Below, in pieces: positions 50,432-59,423 of a stretch of DNA of 64,000 nucleotides; the stretch's first letter is position 1, and every line of letters begins with the position of its first letter. Position numbers and translations under genes: made by a program. Origin of the DNA: an uncultured Verrucomicrobiae bacterium. Lineage in GTDB: Bacteria; Verrucomicrobiota; Verrucomicrobiia; Palsa-1439. Below the pieces are notes generated by a model. The model saw only the letters and a program-made list of their open reading frames with translations. It was not told the origin of the DNA and did no database searches. The stretch lies in the NCBI GenBank assembly GCA_963812605.1, contig CAWEWF010000005.1, forward strand, positions 256,001 to 320,000, read 5' to 3'.

Positions 50432-50823
50432 AAGAATTGGTAATCAAGACCAGTCGTCACACCGAGTTCGTGGAAATCACGGACCGGGTACAAGGCGTGG
50501 TGGATGACGCGGGTGTAAAAGAGGGTGTTTGCATTTGTTTCGTGCCGCACACGACCGCCGGTATCACCATCAACGAAAACGCCGACCCGGATGTCATGAC
50601 CGACATGATTTACGCGCTCGACCGGGTCGTTCCATGGAAAGATCCCCAGTACCGGCACGGCGAGGGCAACACGGCGGCGCATGTGAAATCGAGCATGATG
50701 GGACACAGCGCGCACCTGCTCGTGCGCGACGGAAAGCTGCAATTCGGCACGTGGCAGGGGATTTATCTCTGCGAGTTCGACGGTCCGCGTTTCCGCAAGG
50801 TGTGGGTGTCAGTCATCGGATAA
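50428..50823 (+). CDS. yjbQ: YjbQ/UPF0047 family protein
   Basis: PHTTAGITINENADPDV, HGEGN..AHVKS and GTWQGIY.CEFDGPR motifs. Confidence 0.93.
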   Translation: MKELVIKTSRHTEFVEITDRVQGVVDDAGVKEGVCICFVPHTTAGITINENADPDVMTDMIYALDRVVPWKDPQYRHGEGNTAAHVKSSMMGHSAHLLVRDGKLQFGTWQGIYLCEFDGPRFRKVWVSVIG

Positions 50824-50990
50824 GCTTATGATTGGTCTCGTTGACGATCAATCTCGCCGCGTAGACCGTAACCACACTTCTCAGCCGCAGCGGAACAACA
50901 CTCGGTTCGGGCAACGCGAGGCTGATGTCGGCGGGACTACGACGGTGCGAATAAACGTCCTCTTTATGCGGCCCCGTAATCCGGTGTGAT

Positions 50991-51554
50991 CTAGTGGATG
51001 TCCGCCTCGCCGTTGCCGTTGGTGCCGTTGTGGACTGCGCCGCCAATGCCGGCAAAGTCCTGGAGAAGCTCGTGCGCGACGCGGGCGATCTTTTTGCGGT
51101 GCTTGATCACCGCCGGGTGGGTGACACCGAGTTCGCGGGCAGTCTGGCGGACGCCGCAACCCTTCATCAGGAGGAAGAGCACTTGCCGCTGCCTGCCCGA
51201 AAGCAGCGGGAGGATGAGATTGGCGATGTCATTGGTGATCGGTTCGCCCTGGATTTCGATCGGACCGATCGAGGGGCAAGGAGCAAGCGCGCCATTGGCG
51301 CAGCGCTCGTCGTCATGCGGAGCTTCTTCGGCGGGCCCGGATGAAACGATACCGCAGCCATGTTTAAGAAGGTAGTTACGCGCGTGCAATTCACAGTTCC
51401 TGAGATACCAGCTCGCAGTCTGCCCGGGCGCGGCAGTCTGAATGCGGACCAGGTGCAGAAACATCTCCTGCATCAGGTCCTTTTGCAGATCCAGATTCCC
51501 CGCCAGCTCCGAGGCGATCCCCTGCAACTGTTTTACGATCACGTTCTCAATCAT
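50991..51554 (-). CDS. ECF-type sigma factor-like protein
   Basis: Region 2-like DLMQEMFLHL...SWYL and region 4 helix-turn-helix LSGRQRQV...RQTARELGVTHPAV. Confidence 0.7.
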   Translation of the reverse strand: MIENVIVKQLQGIASELAGNLDLQKDLMQEMFLHLVRIQTAAPGQTASWYLRNCELHARNYLLKHGCGIVSSGPAEEAPHDDERCANGALAPCPSIGPIEIQGEPITNDIANLILPLLSGRQRQVLFLLMKGCGVRQTARELGVTHPAVIKHRKKIARVAHELLQDFAGIGGAVHNGTNGNGEADIH

Positions 51555-51892
51555 ATGATAACACCCGTCCCTTCTAACGTTTCAAGTTAGGCACAACAAC
51601 AGGCTAGACGTGACCTGTGTTCGACCATCACCGCCACGACATACTTCCTTAGCCACGATCTAATTAGCGACCCACATGCCAATAAAACAAGGACTTTGGA
51701 GGCATCGGTAAGCAGCCCGTGCAAGTGATAGATGATGTGGATGTTATAGAACTGCGGGACGACCCAATTACCTGCGAAGTCCTCGTCGAGGTCCAAAACA
51801 GGGGTGGCGAGTGTTCAGCAGGGTTTACATGGCCGCACAGTTCACCTGAACACACTGAGTGCTTGAGGTAACCACCTGGCGGCAAGGTTTTG

Positions 51893-53770
51893 CTATTGCG
51901 GCAGGAGAATGAATGCGTCGGCAGTCAGGGTGAAATTAGTCGAGGGATTGCCTTTGCCGGTCACGGTTAGCCGGACGGCATGATTTCCCGTGGTTGGAAG
52001 GTTGGTCACACCGAAGTCCACCAGCGGATAAAAATTGGTCGGCCAGTATTGATCGAGTGTTGTGCCGAACACATTGCCGTCGCAAGTAAGGTTCATTTGC
52101 CCGCGGTTGTTGCCGGCTTTGAACGCGAGCAGGAGGCGATATATGCCTGCCGGAACATTGGGGATGGTGAACTCGATATAATTGCCCGCGCCCGTGCTAT
52201 TGAGCGTTATCAGTGCATCGCCGCTGGCGTTGGTGTCGATGGACGAGGAGGCGGTCGCGCCGTTGGTGACATACGCCAGAGATTCGGCCTCAAAATTCAG
52301 GGGCACCGGCGCGCTGGGCGGCGGGAAATGAAGACGATAAAACCCGCAATTGGCAACCGACCCGGTGGCGATATTTTGCCAGCTTGAACTCACCGAGAAC
52401 GTGCCAATGAAGGCCGTCCAGTCGGCGAGATTGGTTGACGTTTCGAAGATGAAATTGGTGATGCCCGCATTCCAGGAAACCACGACCTGGTTATTGGTTG
52501 CGGCAATATCCAGTTGCGGGCTCAGCAAGATCTCCGCGCCGGCGAGCATGACCGGGCCGGGCCCGTGCGGGTCGTTGCTGGCGGGTTGTTGCGTGACGAC
52601 GTAATAGTTGAAGCTATTGGTGAGACTCGTACCGGGGCAGACCTGGTTGACGACGCCGTTGGTCGTGATGTAATTGCAGAGGCCCGCGAAAGCTTTGCGG
52701 GCCACCGCCATGGTCGCGGGATCGATCCAACCGCGATTGACCGCGCGCGCGATGCTGTAGGCGAACATGGCGGTGCAGGAGGTTTCCTTCCAGACTTCCG
52801 GGTGATCCAGCACTTGATGCCACATACCGTCGGTGTCCTGCACGGATTCGATGCCGGCGATGTGGCGGCTGAGGATATCCAGCAAAGCAGGGCGCGCCGG
52901 GTGATTCGTCGGCATCGCGGAAAGCACTTCCACCGTTGTTACCATGGCCCAGCCGTTGGCCCGGCCCCATTTGATGCCGTTCACGGAATGCGTGTCGTGA
53001 TAGTAACCGTGAAACCAAATGCCGTTCGTATCCTGGAGATAACCGGCCATGTTCATGACCTGCGTGGCCGCATCGTTCAGATAATTCGAATTGCCGGTGT
53101 ATTTATACATGCGGACGAGAAATGGGCAGCTCATGTAAAGATCATCCGCCCAAATCGTGTCCGAACTCTCCGGCCGCCAGAGCGTGCCGTCGGGCAGGCG
53201 CGACTGGCCGGTGCTGACCCAATTGGCGGTCGTCTGGGCGACGAAGGCCTGCAAGTTCGTCATCGTCCCCGTGTGATGGAGCGCGCCTTCGAACAATTGC
53301 GCCGTCATCGCGCCGCAATAGTCCAGGCGGTCGATCGCCATGAATTCGCTCAAAGCGGTACCGGCGTAGAAGGATGCCAACTGCGCGGAGGTCGCGTTGG
53401 TGACGGTGCTTTTCAAGCTGTTCAGCCAGGAATAATAACGGGCGCAGATCAAATTGTGATCGAGGACGAAATTCTCAAAGGTCGTGTTGCCGGTTGCGTC
53501 CTTGACGCGGAGCATTCCGTAGAGGGTGACGCCCCACTGATAGGTCCAGGTGATACCGGTCGGTTTTTGGGCCGACTGCGCCGCCGAGAGCGTTTTGGCG
53601 GTGGCATAATTTCCGTCGGCCAACGTTTTGAGCTGGTTGCTGGCCACGAGTGAGATGACGTTGTATATCGAGGCATCCGTCAGGCCGGACAAGTCACCGG
53701 CCCGGACGACGCTGCAAAGAAGCAAACAGGCGCACATGACAGGAAATCCGAGCTTTGCAGCCTGGCGCAT
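51893..53770 (-). CDS. Exported GH105/GH88 unsaturated glycuronyl hydrolase with C-terminal CBM-like domain
   Basis: WTYQWG, LDYCG, WADDLYM, WGRANGW, GMWHQVLD and ETSCTAMF motifs; C-terminal FEAE...GNYIEF. Confidence 0.88.
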   Translation of the reverse strand: MRQAAKLGFPVMCACLLLCSVVRAGDLSGLTDASIYNVISLVASNQLKTLADGNYATAKTLSAAQSAQKPTGITWTYQWGVTLYGMLRVKDATGNTTFENFVLDHNLICARYYSWLNSLKSTVTNATSAQLASFYAGTALSEFMAIDRLDYCGAMTAQLFEGALHHTGTMTNLQAFVAQTTANWVSTGQSRLPDGTLWRPESSDTIWADDLYMSCPFLVRMYKYTGNSNYLNDAATQVMNMAGYLQDTNGIWFHGYYHDTHSVNGIKWGRANGWAMVTTVEVLSAMPTNHPARPALLDILSRHIAGIESVQDTDGMWHQVLDHPEVWKETSCTAMFAYSIARAVNRGWIDPATMAVARKAFAGLCNYITTNGVVNQVCPGTSLTNSFNYYVVTQQPASNDPHGPGPVMLAGAEILLSPQLDIAATNNQVVVSWNAGITNFIFETSTNLADWTAFIGTFSVSSSWQNIATGSVANCGFYRLHFPPPSAPVPLNFEAESLAYVTNGATASSSIDTNASGDALITLNSTGAGNYIEFTIPNVPAGIYRLLLAFKAGNNRGQMNLTCDGNVFGTTLDQYWPTNFYPLVDFGVTNLPTTGNHAVRLTVTGKGNPSTNFTLTADAFILLPQ

Positions 53771-53835
53771 CCAGGCATTTTACCACATACGGATTTCTCT
53801 GCTCGATATTATTCCAATCGCCTTGTAGCATTGCG

Positions 53836-55301
53836 ATGATGGTATCGACTGGGAACAAACTACTGCGACGGGTTCTCCAGACTGTCCTATTCAGTGTGGT
53901 GGCGATGGAGGCGCACGCGGGCCTTTGGATCTCGGCTTACTACGCGGGCTGGATGCAAAGTTACCTGCCGGCGCAGCAGGTCGATTTCACGGCGATGACG
54001 CACATTATCCATTTTGCCGTGGTGCCCAGGGTTGACGGGACCCTCGACGGCGACGCGAATGCTGTCACGTTGGCGAATTCCAAGGATATCGTCGCTCGCG
54101 CGCATGCCGCGAAGGTCAAGGTACTGATTTCCGTGGGCGGAGAGAATAGCGCGGATGGTTTTCGGGGCGCGACGACCGCGGCGAACCGGCCGCGTTTCAT
54201 CACGAACCTCGTAAACTTCGTCACCGCACGCGGCTACGATGGCGTCGATTTGGACTGGGAACCGTTGGATGCGCCGGATGGCGGTCCATATTCCAATTTG
54301 GTCAACGAGCTGCGTCTCGCGCTGGATGCCATCACTCCACGTCCACTGCTGACGGCGGCCGTGGGATCTCAGCCGTCACTGTTTGCTTCCCTGCAAAGTC
54401 GGTTCGACCAGATCAACCTGATGACCTACAGCTTTTCCGGGGCATGGCCCGGTTGGGTGACGTGGTTTCATGCACCCATTTACGACGGTGGCTATAGGTT
54501 CGCGAGTCGGGCGAGTTGGTGCCATCCGCCGACGGAGTCGTTAGCAATTTTCTGGCGCATGGTGTGGCTGCCGGCAAACTTGGGATCGGGATTTCCTTCT
54601 ACGGTTGTGTTTGGAGCGGAGGCAACGGCACGTCCACCGGCGGCGCGGCGTTGCCGCGCCAATCCTGGACGACAGCACCGACGGTGGCCCCGGTCGCCTA
54701 CTCGGCGATCATGTCCAACTACTATCAGCCGCAATTGTATTTCTGGGATACGAACGCGCAGTCGGCTTATCTCAGTATCGACCGTCTGGGGGCTGCCAAT
54801 GACAAGTTCATTTCCTACGACGATCCGACAGCCTGCCGCGCCAAAGTTGCGTACGCCAAACTGAAAGGATTGGGTGGCCTGATCATTTGGGAGTTGGGAG
54901 GCGGCTACCGCGCCGACCAACCGGCCGGTCAGCGCGACCTGCTATTGCAATCCGTCAAACAAGCGATCGCCAGTCACGCAGTCGCAGCAGACGCGGCGAT
55001 AGAGTGCTTCGTAGCGGGGCACGATGACCTCCGCGGAAAATCGTTCGCGGGCGCGATCTTTTGCCGCGCAACCCAGTGCGGACCGGCGGACCGGGTCTTT
55101 AATCAAACTTTCGACGGCCCGCGCCAGGATATCAGCGTCTCCCGATGGCACCAGCAGTCCGGTCACGCCATTTTCGACGACCTCCGGAATCCCGCCTACG
55201 CTTCGAGCAATGCTGGGGCAGGCAAAACACATCGCTTCCAAAATGCTCAGGCAAAAACTCTCCGTTTCGGATGTAATCAGCCCAAGGTCGGCGGCCTGTA
55301 G
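53836..55301 (+). CDS. Exported GH18 (chitinase-like) hydrolase; frameshift near 54510; domain ends near 54970, 3' end uncertain
   Basis: KVLISVGG, catalytic YDGVDLDWE, NLMTY, FISYDD and GLGGLIIWELG motifs. Confidence 0.85.
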
Positions 55302-56115
55302 ATAATCTTCGATGTCGTTGACCTTGTCGCGCACGATGACCCGGTTTTCGAGGCCAAGCCGCCGCACCATGTCGACGAACGGCGTGAAGTCCCCGCCAGC
55401 GAGAATAAGCAGTTTGAACGAATCTTGCGGACGAATGCGCGCGACGGTATCGAGCAATAAATCGATGCGTTTCAACGGACGAAGATTGGAGGAATGCAGT
55501 ATTAGCACCTCGTCTTGCACGCCGAGGTCGCGCCGCACTTCCGTCCGCGAGCGCAGAGGCGGGCGGGGCGCGAAGAAATTATGGATCACATCGATTGGTC
55601 GATCCACCGCGAGCAATCGCTGGGTTTCCTGTTGCAGGAAAGCCGACACGGTCGTGATGGCATCCGAGCAGGCGAGGGCGTGGCGGATCGCCGGCCCGTA
55701 CCCCGGATCGCGGCCCAGCAACGTGGTGTCCGTGCCGTGCAGTGTGGTGACCACGCGGGGTTGTTGCTCCGGCGGCAGCATCGACTGCGCGAGGATGGCG
55801 GCCGTCGCGTGGGGCACGGCGTAGTGGACGTGCAGTACATCCAACTGATGGTCGCGGCTCACTTCCGCCATCTTGACGGAGAGCGGGCAGCGTGTAATCG
55901 GGGTACTTGAACAGATCGTAGTCGTTGATGATCACCGGGTGGAAATGCAGGCGAGGGACATCGACCGGCAAACGGAACGGACGTTCGTAGCTGATGAAAT
56001 GCACCTCGTGGCCGCGTTTCGCCAACTCTTCGCCCAGGGCGGTGGCGAGGATGCCGCTTCCCCCCACCGATGGGTAACAGGTGATGCCGATTTTCAATGG
56101 GCGGCTGGTGGTCAT
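54942..56115 (-). CDS. bshA: N-acetyl-alpha-D-glucosaminyl L-malate synthase; frameshift near 55885
   Basis: [45 protein letters not shown] and [11 protein letters not shown] motifs. Confidence 0.92.
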
Positions 56116-56121
56116 GGCAAA

Positions 56122-56859
56122 TCAAAAATGCCGCGCGCCCCGGCTCACGGGCACGAGCGAGTCGAAAACGAGTGGATCGTTCGGAAAGAGGGCGATGGCA
56201 TGACCGATTCCGGCGCGCAGTCCGCGCAGACGGGCGCGGGTGAGTTGCAACTCGACGTAATTGCGGGTGCGAGCCTGCGACGCATGCGCTTCCATCGCGG
56301 CAGTCCACGCGCCGAGGATTTCCCGTGCGGAGACGTTGATGAGAATCGGCGTAATGTCGGAAGGCTCGGCTTCGGGCGTTACTGCGTAGAAAAAGAGTTG
56401 ATCGATGGCATGCGGAGGCGCGGCGCGCAATTCCTTCACGCCGCCGTAACGAGCCAGCCGCGCCGCGTCGCGGACGAGTTGTCCGAGTCGCGCGTGGTCG
56501 GGATGCTGATTTTCCACCAGGCTCGGCGCGAGCACGATGCCGGGTCGCGTGCGGCGGAAAATTCTGGCGAGCTTGATGGCGTGGGCGACGCGGACCTCCA
56601 GGTGCGCATCGCCATCGAGTTCGATGAACTCCACTGTCGCACCGAGGAGCGCCGCGGATTTTTTTGCCTCGGCGACCCGTTGCGCGGGCGTGCCGTGCGT
56701 CGCCGCTTCGCCGCGCGAGCAGACGACGAAATGCGCGGCGCGGCCGGCGCGGGTCTCGCTGGCGACAACCCCGCCACAGCCGAACTCGATATCGTCGGGA
56801 TGCGCGCCAAAGGCCAGGAGCGATGCGAGTTTACGACGGGATTTCGGTATAAGCTTCAT
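56122..56859 (-). CDS. bshB1: PIG-L family deacetylase, BshB1-like
   Basis: AFGAHPDDIEFGCGG, SRGEAATHG, HPDH and AHASQ motifs; next to bshA. Confidence 0.85.
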   Translation of the reverse strand: MKLIPKSRRKLASLLAFGAHPDDIEFGCGGVVASETRAGRAAHFVVCSRGEAATHGTPAQRVAEAKKSAALLGATVEFIELDGDAHLEVRVAHAIKLARIFRRTRPGIVLAPSLVENQHPDHARLGQLVRDAARLARYGGVKELRAAPPHAIDQLFFYAVTPEAEPSDITPILINVSAREILGAWTAAMEAHASQARTRNYVELQLTRARLRGLRAGIGHAIALFPNDPLVFDSLVPVSRGARHF

Positions 56860-57607
56860 CGGAACGGTCAATTGTATCACGGTTTACGAACGTAATCCCC
56901 GGCGTTTCTTGCGGATGCAGATAGATCTGTTCGCTGGCCCCGCAAACGTAGTGGGTGCAATGCACGACTGATTGCATCCAACGAAGCCGGGTGTCGCGCG
57001 CCGGGCTGATTTGGTCCCTGGTGAATGCGGTTGCCGGCAGGGTCACGAAACGGTCTCCGCCCTCGTGAAGCGTGAAGACGCCATCGCAACACCGGGCGCG
57101 CACGATTTCACCCTCGTGCGGCACGTCGACGAAGAACTCCTCGACGTCGCACGCCGCGCGCCGGAACGACGGGTCGCTCGAACGCGCCACGCGCAGGCCA
57201 TCGAGCAGTCCAATGCGGCGGTACATCTCCAGACAAAAATCAGCCGCATTTTTGGCGGAAGTTTCCTGGAAGATCTCGATACAGCGGCGCTCGACGTAAT
57301 TGGGCAATTGAAGCGCGGTCCGGGCGTGCCAGTCCGGGGGGATGCGCTTGAGATAGAGCGGGGAGAATTTTCGCTGGAGTTTGTTCTCGAAAGTGAAGTT
57401 GAGGTGCGCCGGTTCACCGGTCTTGCGGTGGCGCAGGAGGGTTTTGGTCTCGCGCGGATCGTGGTCGCTATCGTGGTAGAAAAACACGATCTCGCCTCCG
57501 ATCTCGGCTTGCAGCCGCCGGGCTGTCTGGATTTTTGCCACCAGAAACCGTTTCGGGAAGAACCCGCACGGCTGCTGGCCGAAACAGATGACGGGCGTGG
57601 TGCTCAT
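56831..57607 (-). CDS. Short (258 aa) BshC-like protein
   Basis: GQQP.GFF...AKI, FFYHDSDHD..E and RWMQ...YVCGASE..Y parallel the BshC motifs TGQQ, EDHD and GGPGE..Y; directly upstream of bshB1-bshA. Confidence 0.7.
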   Translation of the reverse strand: MSTTPVICFGQQPCGFFPKRFLVAKIQTARRLQAEIGGEIVFFYHDSDHDPRETKTLLRHRKTGEPAHLNFTFENKLQRKFSPLYLKRIPPDWHARTALQLPNYVERRCIEIFQETSAKNAADFCLEMYRRIGLLDGLRVARSSDPSFRRAACDVEEFFVDVPHEGEIVRARCCDGVFTLHEGGDRFVTLPATAFTRDQISPARDTRLRWMQSVVHCTHYVCGASEQIYLHPQETPGITFVNRDTIDRSDEAYTEIPS

Positions 57608-59295
57608 GGGGCGGCCAAAAGCGGCGCGGCCTGGATGATCAGGCTGAACAGAATGCAGGCGGCGCAGCCGATGAAGTTGTACCAGAGATAGCTGATGTTC
57701 AGCGAAAAATAGAGAATGAAAACGAGGGCTTGCGCCGCCAGGGCTCCCCAAAAGATCGCCGTACCGCCGACCCGACGGAAGAAGAACGCCACGAGGAACA
57801 GCGCGAGCACCACGCCGTAAAAGATCGAGCCGACGATGTTGACGGCCTGGATCAGGTTCTCGACCAGGTTCGCAAAAAGAGCGAAGGCGAGCGCCACCAG
57901 GCCCCAGAAGAGGGTGAACCATTTTGAGGCGGCCACATAGTGCGCATCGGTCGCATCGCGCTTGATGATGTGCCGGTAGAAATCGATGGTGGTCGTCGAA
58001 CCGAGCGCGTTGAGTTCGGCGGCTTTCGACGAGAGCGCGGCGGCGAAGAACGCCGCGACGAGCAGCCCGATCACCCCGTGCGGCAGATGGTCCAGCACGA
58101 AGGTGATGAACACGTAGTCGGAGTCGTTGGTTTTCGCATGCGAATCCGCCGCCAGCAGCGCCGTTTTGACGTCGGCGCGCACGGCCTCGCTGCGTTCGAG
58201 CGCCGCCTGCGCCTGCGCGCGGGCCGCGGCCTCCGCTTTGTGGTCGCCCGAATGTTTGGCGTCGAGCCAGGTGTGAATCAGTCGTTCCTTCTCGGCGTGG
58301 ATCGCGGCGAATTGCTGCTGGAGGGAATGCAGCCGGTCGCCCGGATCATGTTTGGCCTCGAGGTTCCAGGCAGTCTGGTTGAAAAAGACCGGCGGCCGTT
58401 CGAACTGGTAGAAGACGAAGATCAGCGAGCCGAGCAGGAGAATGAAAAATTGCATGGGGATTTTGAACACGGCATTGAACATCAGGCCGAGCCGGCTTTC
58501 GCGCAAGGACGCACCCGAAATATAGCGTTGCACCTGGGATTGGTCGGTGCCGAAGTACGACAGCGACAGGAAAATGCCGCCGAGCAAGCCGGACCAGAAA
58601 GTGTAGCGCCGCCTGATATCGAGCGAGAAATCCACCGCCTGGAGTTTGTGGAAGCCGCCGGCCACGGTGAGGGCGTCGGTCAGCGAAAGGTTCGACGGCA
58701 ATCTTGCCAGCAAGACGACGAAGGCGGTCACCATCCCGCCAAAGATCACGGCCAACTGGTATTTCTGGGTGAGGGTGACCGCTTCGCTGCCACCGGCCAC
58801 GGTGTAGACGATGACCAGCAGGCCGCTGAGGACGATGGTGAGGTCCAACCGCCAGCCCAGCATGGTGGAGAGGATGATGGCGGGCGCGTAAATGGTAATT
58901 CCCGCGGCGAGCCCGCGTTGCAGGAGAAAGAGCGCCGCCCCGAGCAGACGGGTCTTGGTGTCAAAGCGGTGGCCCAGGAACTCGTAGGCGGTGTAGACAT
59001 TCAAGCGCCGGTACATTGGCAGGAAGACCGCCGCGATGATGATCAGCGCCAGCGGCATCCCGAAATAGTTCTGCACGAAACCCAGTCCATCCTGATAACC
59101 CTGGCCGGGAGTGGAGATGAAAGTGATTGCGCTGGCCTGGGTAGCCATGACCGAAATGCCGATAGCGGCCCATTTCACGTTTGGGTCACCCTTGAGGTAG
59201 TCGCTCAGGTTCTGCTGGCCGCGCGTGCGCCACATGCCATAGAGGGCGATTCCGACCATGCTGCCGATCAGGACTACGAAATCGAGCGGGCTCAT
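57604..59295 (-). CDS. Sodium:solute symporter family protein
   Basis: SVMATQASAITF, TAYEFL..RF, YFGTDQSQVQRY and AAALSS motifs; many transmembrane helices. Confidence 0.92.
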   Translation of the reverse strand: MSPLDFVVLIGSMVGIALYGMWRTRGQQNLSDYLKGDPNVKWAAIGISVMATQASAITFISTPGQGYQDGLGFVQNYFGMPLALIIIAAVFLPMYRRLNVYTAYEFLGHRFDTKTRLLGAALFLLQRGLAAGITIYAPAIILSTMLGWRLDLTIVLSGLLVIVYTVAGGSEAVTLTQKYQLAVIFGGMVTAFVVLLARLPSNLSLTDALTVAGGFHKLQAVDFSLDIRRRYTFWSGLLGGIFLSLSYFGTDQSQVQRYISGASLRESRLGLMFNAVFKIPMQFFILLLGSLIFVFYQFERPPVFFNQTAWNLEAKHDPGDRLHSLQQQFAAIHAEKERLIHTWLDAKHSGDHKAEAAARAQAQAALERSEAVRADVKTALLAADSHAKTNDSDYVFITFVLDHLPHGVIGLLVAAFFAAALSSKAAELNALGSTTTIDFYRHIIKRDATDAHYVAASKWFTLFWGLVALAFALFANLVENLIQAVNIVGSIFYGVVLALFLVAFFFRRVGGTAIFWGALAAQALVFILYFSLNISYLWYNFIGCAACILFSLIIQAAPLLAAP

Positions 59296-59423
59296 GAAAA
59301 CGTGACCGTCAGCGCGACGAGGAGTCCCACCCAAATGACGAAGGAGACGAGAACGAAAATGTAAACCGCGCGCCAGGTATTAAGCCACGGCAAGCCGGTC
59401 GCTTTGTCGTCCAATGGCTTCAT
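59292..59423 (-). CDS. 43-aa single-helix membrane protein, probable symporter partner
   Basis: Below the ORF-track cutoff. Manual translation MKPLDDKATGLPWLNTWRAVYIFVLVSFVIWVGLLVALTVTFS*; ATGA overlaps at both ends. Confidence 0.8.
   Translation of the reverse strand: MKPLDDKATGLPWLNTWRAVYIFVLVSFVIWVGLLVALTVTFS

Noticed and set aside
54942-55301. 360-bp convergent overlap of GH18 and bshA
   Set aside because: The GH18 domain ends near 54970 and the extension is antisense bshA sequence. A lost stop or indel is more likely than a functional overlap.
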